A stretch of 64,000 nucleotides of DNA, from contig NMRA01000001.1 of assembly GCA_002633005.1 (NCBI GenBank), positions 3,145,695-3,209,694 of the forward strand, in the 5' to 3' direction. How positions within the stretch are numbered: position 1 is the stretch's first letter; each line of letters begins with the position of its first letter. Positions 25,313-37,300 of the stretch are shown here, in pieces. The translations under genes and the position numbers were made by a program. Below the pieces are notes generated by a model, which saw nothing but the letters and a program-made list of their open reading frames with translations, had not been told where the DNA came from and made no database searches. The DNA is from Phoronis australis (lineage: Eukaryota; Animalia; Phoronida).

Positions 25313-28300
25313 TCATGTGTAGAAGTCTCCATGTAGATACATAAACAGTTCCGTCTCACTCACAATGTGAACCATTTCAGACGATACACGACCATATTGT
25401 CCAAGGTAACAACACCACAAAGTCTCTGCATCCAACTGGTGGACAACAAAGAGGAAGTTACTTTGGTCAAAACTCAACTCGCATTCTACAGAAGCTTGAT
25501 AAGCTCTCGTGGCCCTTACGTACCTGGAAGATATGAGTAAAATTCAGAGATGACAAAAAATAACATTGTCACTGAATATACGGAGAGTAAAGATTCAGCA
25601 CCTGAACTGTTGACCTAATAAGCTGAACGTTACTATTTGTAGCATAACAAGCCTACCACGAATGGTAGTTCTAAACTGAGGTAGACACAACAAAGTATAT
25701 ACTGGAATAAAAAAAACGCCAGGTGAAAATTTATTCAATACACAAATTTTGCTGAAATAACTGCAGAACGAAGAGAAATTTTTAAAATGAAAAAAAGAAC
25801 CTTTTGTAACATAAATTCTCAAAGTGAGCACAAAGTCGTACAAATTTTGAGAATTCGTAACTTCAGTTCTGACAAAATCAAGCATTGCTAAAATTTTCCA
25901 AAGTTTATTGATTAGTTTTCTACGTGTTAATGAATAATCAAGTCTTTCAAAATGGCATTTACTAACTGCTTCATTGTTTAACAAACACCTTCTAGCCAGA
26001 GTACAAAACGAATATCTGGAATCAAAGCATAAACACCGCAGTGAAATTGTTACAAAATCATCTCAACAATACCTGAGTGACTGTTGCAGTTTTGCACATT
26101 AACACATGGTGGCGCTAGCTACCAGTCGCATGTTGAAGGCGTGAAGAGCACACAGAAAAGGGAAAAAAGAAGGAAAGCATGAGATAAAGTATTCACAATC
26201 AAAGCTCTTATGATGTCATGTAGTGACATGCCATCATGGCATTCTAAAATAAATAAAACACACTCCCTACCCCCCCCCCCTTACAGTTCACTTGCATGAA
26301 AAACTGCTTTGTGGCTAAAACGCACCATTAACATCTTTTTCATACTTAACAAATACAAGAACTGAGGTTTAATGACAAAAGACTCGACAAACAAAAGCAA
26401 TAAAATGACAAATGAAACCAGGCGATGGCATAAATAAATCATGAACAAAACATAAATTTTGTAAAACTTGCCAGTCTAGACAAAATACAAAGCCTACTTT
26501 TAAGGAGTCCGCTTGTCACAAGCCATCTTACAACAAATGAAACACACATACCTCACCTTGTTGCCTGACCTGGAGGGGGCTCTGCTTCAGCTGATGTTCT
26601 CTTCCTACCACCAGGAGTCGTTTCAGTTCCATAGTCATTTTGATCATTGACTGCTTCGGTGGGCTGGTGAAAATCTAACGATGTCTGACGCTTTGGTGGG
26701 TTGAGGGCGGGGGAGTTTTGAACCAAGGACTGAGACAAATTCGACTGATTGGCAGGGTTCTGCTTCCGTAGACCATCAAATAGCTTCAGACCAAACTGAT
26801 TGAAGCGTCTGGCTTTAGTGGTCAACTTGCTGAAAAACCCACCACTAGGTGGCGCTCGAGGACCCTCTTGCACTTGAGCATGCGCCTGAGGGGCAGCATT
26901 TGCAGGCACAACAACAGGGGTCTCTGGAACACACGGACTGGTACTGCAAGCTTTTGTAGTAATATTTCCAACAGTTTGATTACTTCCAGTTTCCGAGCTT
27001 CTGCTCGATGTCAAGCCGTCCAAGACATCCGAGGCAATCTTTGCAACTTCGATACTCTCTCCACAGGAGCTAATGTTTTTACTTTCCGTAGACTCGGGCG
27101 TAATTGTTTTCTCAGAAGACAAGCTGTGGTCCCATTTATTGAAGCAGTACTCTGTCACACCCTGTCTGTAAGCACTTTGCACAGGTAGACTAGACGTTAA
27201 ACTGTTGAACTGTCTGACGAGTGACCCAAAGAGTCCATCCTCCACACCTGAACCATTATTTCCACCACCACCAGTGCCATCTTCAGCACAACTCTCACCC
27301 AAGCTATCCAAGACTACCTCGTTATTCCACATAACTTTTTCAGTCTTGCGTAACCTCCGTGCTTTCGCCGCTTTTGCCCGTTCTTGCCGCTGACGTAATG
27401 TCACACTATCAATAGACTGGTTCAGTAGTAACATCGTGTCCAAGTGGTCAACGCTGTCCATCTTGACCGATGAACCAAACGATGATGACAAAGAAGAGTT
27501 CTGTTTGTCGTCCAGAAATGTCATGATGTCATCCAAGTCGAGCCTAAACGGCAGGACGGCCAGAGGCTGGAGGGAGATGAGAGTATCAGCAAAAAGGCGT
27601 TGGGTGGTAGGGTTGGTGCTGGTCATGAAAGATACCTCTCTGTAGTGCTTCTTCACAACTTTGACGTTCTCCCGTAGGTGCTGCAGCCAGAAGTCCAGGC
27701 TTTTGATGCTAAAAATAAAAATAATTCTAATTAAAAGGGCTTTATAACACAATATTAGCCTCGAACGGCAGATACAACCGTGTAATAACCCATAAAATTA
27801 TCTCATTAGTGAGATAACAATTTGGCGGGAAACCGAGGCTGGATTCGAACCCGGGCCTCAAGAGTTTCGAGTAGCCGACTTTACCACCACACCACTCAGC
27901 GGCTGACGTCATGGAACGTGAAAATAGAATACTTAAATGAGCAAGCGCAACAATCGCATGTTCAGCAAAGGGCATTGCACCGACATTTATACGCTATGAA
28001 AAATAAGACGCATAATTTCCATAAAAACGATATTTTAATTTAGTGAAATTTTTCTCTGGTATTCTCTCACTTATAAATCACCGATCTCCAATTTGATTGT
28101 GGGTATCATGTCGTCGGGATCCTTTGACTTGAGCATTATAGTCAGTTACTAGTGGTAACCTACTTTAGCAGACGATATTTTCCCGGTCGAAGCTTAGCGT
28201 GATAAAATGTGTAGTAAGCTATATAATAGTTGCTAAACCTTAATTTATAGATTCACTTTATTTCTATTTTGTTTTATATTTCCATTGGTTTTGAGTAAAA

Positions 28301-31300
28301 GCATTATTTGACAAAAATAGCTCGGCTTTTCTTAAAAGGTCACGACCTCCGACCCCGGGTATCTGACATAGAAAGTAGTTACAAAGCCGAGGCGAGTCGA
28401 GAAAGGTAGATTGATTCATTGCAATGTTTCTCGTTCAGTATGTGGTATAATTAGATTATTACATGTTCTCAGTCGTTATCCCCTTATATAGAGCCCTCGT
28501 GGATTTTGTAGAATTATCACCCTGGGGGCTAACGCTCCTCGGCGATAATCCTCCAAAATCCACTCTGGCTCTAGATAACGAGAATAACCACTTCGCCATG
28601 TAATAATCTATATATATTACTCCCATGGGTTAAATATTTACTTTTTATTAAGGAAAAGTTGATCTCAACTTGATCCTCGATAAGATTTGAGTGATTTCTT
28701 GGTGGTGAAGAACTGATACCTGACTTTCCTACATCAAATCAACATTTCGGTCTGAGCAAGCTTGCCATGGTCTAAAGCTAAAATAAAACTTAGCCCAGAA
28801 ATAATTTCAAATCGGTGCAAGAAACAAGTCAATACCGGTAATCTAATGGTAAGAAGTCAACGTAAAAATTTGGTCTTTTTGGCAAAAGGTGTGTTTAAAA
28901 GCTGCTTTATATGAAACTTACTATTGGATTCAATTTGGGACAAAAATGTGTGCTACAATTATCATATTGCTAGTTTTCAGAGGTTTACCACATTGCTGCA
29001 AAATGCTCAAAATTTTACCAAATGTTGATTGCAATAGCTACGCCACACAGACCATGTTAAAAGGAAAACAGGGCGAATTTTCGTGAAAGGTAAATATCAC
29101 AGTCAAATGCAAACGTTGAAAAGAGTGTATACAAATCTTAACCAATCTACGATGAGTTGTGTTAGAATAGTTATAACGAAGACACGAGGATCAAGGCTTC
29201 GGAAACAGCAGAAAGCTCTGAGCAAATTTGTTGATGATAAGAGATATTTGTATCCCAGCAGCGCATTACCATAGCTACAGCTTAAATACCTAGAAACATC
29301 ACCGAGCTGAAGACTAGGTAGGATAAACATGTGAATCAACATCACATTTTATGCTTCCACAATGCCATGGTAATGGAGAAATATTTCGAAACTGTACAGT
29401 TACAAAGGTCGCTACATGCTACCACACAAAATGTCAGTGTTGCATGCAGTCTTTATAGTGTCTGTCCAAGAATAACTTACTTGAGAAGCCCTAAAACAAA
29501 AGCGCAAAACTTCACTTCAGCACTTTTGTTGGTCATCGTAGAACGAATAGAACACACAAGGTCATTGAGTGCTCGTGTGGAAGGACCTGAAAAATGAAGA
29601 CCAGTGCAGTGACAAACCAAATTTTATTCTCAAAACTGTCTCAAAATTACGAACATGAACTGTCATTTTAAATACTTTAGTTGCATTCAAACAATGGGAC
29701 CAAAAATCAAAGCTCTAATACTGTTGTATAAACCTTGCTAATTTCTCTTTATTTTTCAACAACTGTAATCACATTTCTCCAACAGCGTCATTTTGTTTGA
29801 GATAAAAAATGGGAAATATCTGCCTTCTAGTAACTGACTATGACTTGCCTTCGATGTACGGAAGGCCAAACTACAAACTGAAAATTGACTGAATCAGATG
29901 CAGTTTTTGTGCTTCTACCAAAAAACGCTAAATGGTTTGTTTGACCTGCAGGCTACCTCATGTGACTTCTCACTCTAGGATCCCAGCTACAAGCAATGAC
30001 TTATCTAAGTGGCGATTTACACACAAGCCTTCAACATGACGGTATAGCTACGTATATCCATTAACATCAAGTTCAAAATCATCAAATTTTACTAACCAAG
30101 AGCAACGCGGAGCGTTGAAATGCGCCCACAATTGCACCGCATACGGTATCCTTCTAGGGTTGTTTATTGGTACCATAAAGTGGCCAGTAGAGGGCATACT
30201 TTGCAAAATGGAAAGGCATGGTCATTGTCTCCTCAATAGGCTAGGGGCAAAATGTGAGTAATCTTCATAATACAAGCACATCCTATACACCAGTTGCTTA
30301 AAGCACCACAGAAACATAGAATTAAAAACAAATTTACCAACATACGAGATTAGCACAGCATTAGAATGCCAGAAACAAATTTCTACTTGGAACTTTTCCT
30401 TCACAGTCACGAAGTAACACAAAGTATACACCTGAAGACCTATGAAAATACAGAGGTCAATGTAAAATACTAAAATTGCCACTAGAGGCAAATACTAAAA
30501 TTGCCACTAGAGGCATACCGGTAATCAGAATCATCCTAAAGTCGTCATCGTCCGTTGTCAACATCACATAAATACACTTGCTAAATTTAGTAAAGATCCT
30601 GCAAACGGTTTGGGAGATACAGCCATGGGCGCAAAAAAACAAAACTGCCACTAGGAGGCGCCACAGTAGTCCAAATCGTCTGAAAATCATTGTCAGCTGT
30701 CTTCCTTATAGTAAGCACATACACGCCAATTTTCACAATCATCCTTTGAGCGGTTTGGTTGATAGAGGGGTGGACGCACAAAAACAGACTCGAAAACACT
30801 AAAAATGGCCACTAGGTGGCGCAAACTATGTCGAATCCATCTGAAAACGGGAGGATAGCGTCATCTCACTAATAGGTGCCTACATACCAAATTTCATGAA
30901 AATCCAATAAGGACTTGTGAAGATACAAAGGTAAGCGTAAAAAAATTAAAATTGCCACTAGGGGGCACACCGGTAGTCGGATCCGTCCAAAAGTCGTCAT
31001 CTTCCGTTGTTAACATCATATAAATATACTTACACAATTTCGTAAAGATCCTGCGAACGGTTTAGGAGATACAGCCATAGGCGCAAAAAAAACAAAACTG
31101 CCACTAGGAGGCGCCACAGTAGTCGAAATCGTCGGAAAATCATCGTCAACCGTCCTCTACATAGTAAGCACATACATGCCAATTTTCACAATCATCCTTT
31201 GAGCGGTTTGGTTGATAGAGGGGTGGAAGCACAAAAACAGACTCGAAAACAGTAAAAATGGCCACTAGGTGGCGCAAACTATGTCGAATCCATCCGAAAA

Positions 31301-34300
31301 CGGCAGGATAGCGTCATCTCACTACTAGGTGCCTACATACCAAATTTCATGAAAATCCGTTCAGGACTTTTGAAGATACAAAGGTAAGCGTAAAAAACTA
31401 AAATTGCCACTAGGGGGCACACCGGTAGTCGGATCCGTCCGAAAGTTCGCACATGCCGTCCCATTCATGAATGGAACATATGTCCCAAATTTCATGAACG
31501 TATGTCAAAGGGTTTTGGAGATAGAGCAGCGGACGCCGGACGGACGCCGCCCGGACGGACGGACGGACGGACGGACGGACGGACAGAGATGACGGCATAA
31601 TGCGTCCACATATAAATATGTGGGCGCATAAAAAGTATATGCTAATGTTTAACATGCGGTTAGGCTTTTAGGAAATGTCACTGAACAGGTTATCCTCGTC
31701 ACAATTTGTTTATTCAATTTTCGAAAAAATTCAGACATATACAAAGTATATAGTCTTGTTTAACATAATAGAAGGAACAAATAACCGGTTGTTCATTGCC
31801 TTTAAATTCAACATACGTTTACCCAATACAATTGAAGAACTTGGGCAAGAATTAAATATCTGCTGAAAGGTAATTCGTTATCGACTGGAAAAGTTCATCA
31901 TTAACATTTATGAAATTTAATTATCATTGGAGTCCAATCTTTATCGAGGATGCCTTGCAACCATCTTTCAATGAGTGAAAGAGTGCAATCCAGTTCAAAC
32001 GCACGTCAACAACGATCCATACCAGTTAAATGTGGTAATGGCTTCATTGAAAACTCCTGTGAGTAATTATGGCGTCTAGGATGAGTCACAAGAAAACTCG
32101 AACTGATAAACGAAGATTTGACTGTAAACTATTACTGAATGGGAATAGGTTGGTACTAAAGAAAATGAGATATAATGATTTGCACTGAGTTATGAGTTAG
32201 GTTACAAGGTGTTAGCTATTGAAGTGTTCAAGTCTCAGTGAGAATATTTAGGGACCGGCCAAAGTGTAGAGTTTGACACTCATATTTTATGATTTCACTG
32301 GTAAAAAAGATGTTGAGGAAGAAACTATATATCAGTCTGTAATGCACCCAAGTTAAGAAAAAATCAGACAGGCAGATCAAAACTATGATTCATTTCCAAT
32401 AAGGACAGACGGATTAGCTGTTATTCATTTTAGGTGTGAAAAAATGCATCGAAATTAGCTGTGGAGCAGTGAAGCCACTAAATCTGTGATAGCAGCTGAA
32501 CATTCTACCGCTGAGTTACATCGCAGGTGTTAAGTAGCAGAGCATTTTAAGTACCATGACACACTGGCCTTGATTTCTGAAAATGTCTGGCAAACAACTT
32601 TGAGAATTGGCCATTTATAACTGCTAGTCAGGAAAAACAAATATAAATTTTGTTAAATACCACCATTAGTCAAAACTTCAAGAAGTCAATTCTGTAGATC
32701 AATAATCATAAAATTGTGTTTTTTGGCCACAAAAACGACAATGTCCCTTTGACATCCAAAATTTAATTTACCAATAAACCGCCTTCCATCGCAGTCAAGG
32801 CCACACAAAGAAATTTGTCGCTTTAATATCCGAAATTTAAATTAGCGACAAAACCACCATCCATCACAAAGTCAAAGGAGTTGTCACTGTAAAGAAATTT
32901 ATTTTTACACCTAGTTAATTTCCCTCCGGAAACGCATCATTCACTAGAAGTACATTATTAAATGCATGACTGTCTTTTCTCAGATATTCTTAAAGCACCC
33001 AGAATCCCCTGAGAGTGATATAGTTAAGAGTTCATTTAGCAATGCCAGAAAAAGTTGATGAACCCATCAATACAGCAGCATTCCTGTAGTTAATTGCACC
33101 TGACTCAACTATGAGCCATTTCCCAGGCAACAACTTAACAAGGTGTTGAATGAATGTTCCCTGGATGAAGTGCATGCAATACACCACTTAAGGAGACTCA
33201 CTGCTACACAAGGCTAGAGTGTCACAGCGTGATTACTGGCTCTGTTTTTCCAAGTTGGAATGATATAACCTTATTCCAAACAAAAGCAATTTATACCAAG
33301 TGTTGAAATCCACCCGCAACTGCATCCCAAAAAGTATACTTCTAAAGGTATTAGGTCCATGTAATGTAACTAGACTTGTCTGGTCACTAAGATATCGAAA
33401 CTAAAAATCGACTGGTCCTGGTCAATCTGAGCAGCAGATATTTCTATTAAGGTTGATGAAAAATCTGTGAAGCCATTTTGACAGCAATCAAAAACAAAAA
33501 GGTGGGAGCTATCTAAGTTCAATCTGCCCAATAAACTACTGGTGCACATCTCAGATATGAACCCCAGAGTTCGAATTTCATCAAAATCTTGCTGTCCATA
33601 TCTTACTGAAAAACTAAAATGCCCAACCTGCAAGTCATTTTGACAATAATGAACAGACAAGCAATAACGCTGAATGGACAGGATGCTGTCTACATTCAAC
33701 TTAAAAATGTGAGGGTGCATGAAAATTCAATCTGGGGCACAAATTTGGAATTTATTGGCTCTGAAATATCACATGTTTCAAATTTAACAGGAATTCCATA
33801 TTGCTTTTCAAGGGCTTTTGAGAATGTGACATTACATACAAAACTGAAGTTATTAGATATTACTGAACCTTTCAATAAAAATTTGGTAAGTCATTTTTGG
33901 CATATAGTCAGAATACAATTTCCAAAATAGTCATTAACATTTAACCCCTATAAAAGGATGCTATGTGACTTTTTTCTGCCAGTAAAGATAATAGTTCTAA
34001 CGATAACCACAACAGTTCTATTGATAGAGTACATAATATCAGGAACAAAAGCCACCGCGTCATTCTTTTGTAGCCACCATAAAGAACAAGTTGGAAGAAA
34101 CTGAAGCACAAACTTTAAAAGGGAATGTAACTGTTTTTGTTTTCCTCTTTGGTAAGAATACAGATCTTTGGTTACGTTGAAAATATAATTTACGCGTCAA
34201 TTACAGCTGCCTGGGAGTGTATTTAACTATTCATGGAATGATAGAAAGTGAAATAAACGGCCCAGTAAAGTCCCGCATCTTGGTTCGGCATTCATTGCCA

Positions 34301-37300
34301 TCGACCAAACACAATGCCCGACTCTGTATTGAATGCAGTCTGTGTCGCTTATTCGTGCTCGCTGAATGGCATGAATGTAGAACCAAGATGGAGGCCTTTT
34401 GCTGGACTGTTTATATCACTTTCTATTGTTCCATGGGTAGTAAATGGTTGCCAGGGAGACAGTAATTAACACAAAAAACATTTCTCTAAGACATCCAGGG
34501 ATGTGTATTTATAGTAAAGGTTGCTTCAAAAATGGTCATTTTCCCCTTTAAAGCATTTTGTTTTCATTTAATTAATGCCAGATCAGATTAAAGAAGTATT
34601 AGACCCTGGCTGTTACAACCATGTAGTCACCACAAGGGACCTGCTCTCTCAGGGAAATAATTGCACAGCCCAGCCAATAGAGGTCCCTACCTAGTTCACA
34701 GGAGTCCTCCACCAGCAGCCAAGCATTGTTCTTCACCTGTCCAAACCAGGTGTAGATGTGAGACTTCTGACCATCAGTCACCAGCTTGTGCAAGACTGGA
34801 CAGAACTCATTGACCACCAGGTGACCAATCTCGGGATTCTCTCGCAGGTTCACCAGTTCAATCTGAAAATGAAACATTCGAATGTATTTGAATTCAGAGA
34901 ATTATTGAAAATGTACTAGCAGGAAACAGCAAATGTCTCCAGCAAATGCTACCATAATGTTCAAAAGGCGTTAATACCAGACAACATGTCCGTATTCAAA
35001 CTACACCTACTTAGTAGTGGCTGCTGAATTACGTCGTTGAATATTTAGCCCATCACAAGGCGGTAATTTTCATTTTGCGAAAAAGAATTTGAGCATTGTA
35101 GCTCCAAATTTTAGAGTAATGCTTACAAGCTACTTTCAAACTTATGTACTGAGTAAGCGCAAAAAGAAAAAGAAAAAACATCAATAAAAGCTGCACTTCT
35201 CCCATATTACGTCTCTTAATCTCAAAAAAATCGAACCCACGATACGATTTCATTTTGGTTACCAACAAGAGCACAAAAGCCATCAACAACTTGGCAGAAA
35301 TGCTTCAGAGTTTATTGGGGTTGGCCAACTCTAAAATTGAGAATTCGAAAATGTCGCACATACGCATCGCTTGCGACTCGAGTTGGTAAAGGAAATAGAA
35401 TCATATTATGGCGACGAATACTACGAGACCGATTTTATGAGAGTTAAAGACCAAATTTGATATTTGTGTTTAAGCCAGCTGAACAGGGCAAACCACAGTC
35501 TTAAATGCCACAACTTAATAATTATTTTATAATTTAGACAGTTTAATCTTTGGGATGATGCATTTGTGCAAGAAAGTTAGGCATTATTACAATATCTGAA
35601 AAGCAACTTGATGAAGACACCATGATTTAGCATCTAGGTGATGGTTTGTGTTCCACTTCTGGTTGTAACCAAACAATCTCTCAAAGATCTACCAATCGGA
35701 AACCCACATGAGGTCTTGTAAACCTTATCCAGGTTTCCAGCGAGGGGATCAATTTACTAATTTGCACCGCCACTTCTATTGGACCTACCCGCTTCAGTGG
35801 GTCTTTTGTCTGCATAAAATATCCTAGAATGCCCTCTGCTGACTTCAGTGTTGACAAAACTAACTCTGAAATAATGGAAACAGATAAAATACACTACATA
35901 CGAGGGAAATGTACAACTTCACACAGCTGGCGTCTTAAGACCTGCGATACACATGCTACATTTTACTGGCTAAGACAATTGAGTTTACATTTTACAGAAA
36001 CTTGACAGCTAAAAATTATTTCAAGATCAAAGGTACCATAAAATTACATTCTTTTACAATGAATAATTAAATTAAAACAGCAAAGCAAAATCAAATATAT
36101 AATTTTAAACTAAAAATGGCAACAACGAATATTTTAGATTTATTCAATGTTTGAAGCACTAGTTTTGGACAAAAATGAAAGGACGAAGAGCAAAGAACCC
36201 TTAGATTGTGTACACTATAAAGTAGTACCTCTCTCATGAGTAGCACGGTTAACATGGGAGAAAGACGTGTCTGGTGACTCATCATAAGAGGGGGAAAGTT
36301 CAAACTCTGCGGGTGGTGTATCAGAGTCAGAACTACCCTCCGCGACAGGAGGTGAACCTGGAGAGAACACAACAGTAGTAGTTAGAGACTGCAACAAAAG
36401 ATGGGGCAAGCTACACCACAAGACTCGGTGTTGAGGTCAGAGGTCAAGCATAGAACATAAATTTATATAGAGTATGCACAAGGACATTTTTATCATTCCA
36501 TGTCGAAATATAAATTCAACTAAACAAATGGAAGAGCTTAATAAAGTCTTAGCAATGATTACATGTAGGTTTCAAAATCTTTGATTTTTGTTTGAAAGCA
36601 GCCGCTTTACAAGACAATGAGACAATTTTTAGCACACCAGCGGAAATTTGAAAAAAAAAACGGAATTCACACCACTCACCACTGATCGAAAATTCATAAC
36701 ACTAACCAGCTGTTTACTCACCTTTTGTCTCTTCAGTTACTGGTTTTTTGTCGACCACGGCTGAAAGATCAGCAATCACATCAGGTGGCGCTTCACTCAG
36801 TTGATTTTGCGACTTTCTGGTCTTCTTTGGTGACCCATTAGGAGAGCAGAGAGGAGAACGGAATGACACATGAATCTCCTTCGCAAAGCTAACAGATTTC
36901 TTTACGCGACTAGTCTCTGAATCATCTGAACCATCTGACTGGTTACTGACATCACCACCAGAGGGCAGACACGCTTGATCACCATCGGTGTCACCACTAG
37001 GCAAGTTTAATCCTTCCGATGATGTCTCCAGAACAAGCGAGGGTGCTTCCACTTCAGAAGCCTTTGAAACATCTTCAGAATTCAGAGGTTCGTCGCGCAG
37101 AAAATCCATGAGGGCGCTGTCTCTGTCAATCAACTCACTCACCGGTCGAGGTTTGCTCCTAGATGAGGAGCCATCTCCAGTCTCACTCAGCTGTGAAACA
37201 CTGGAGAACGAAAATGATCGGGAATGAGCCTTCTTTCTAAGACACGATTTGAGTGGTCGTCGTATAACATGTCGTACTTGAGGATTCGGTGGTTTTTGTC

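Noticed and set aside
26074-26119. Extra cassette exon in the RUSC-like gene (polypyrimidine tract and CAG|GTATTG donor)
   Set aside because: Available acceptors give 46, 42 or 8 nt; these shift the frame or contain a stop.
27826-27905. Functional tRNA gene
   Set aside because: A and B boxes are present, but the acceptor and anticodon stems pair poorly and differ between the two copies, and it is embedded in a dispersed repeat.
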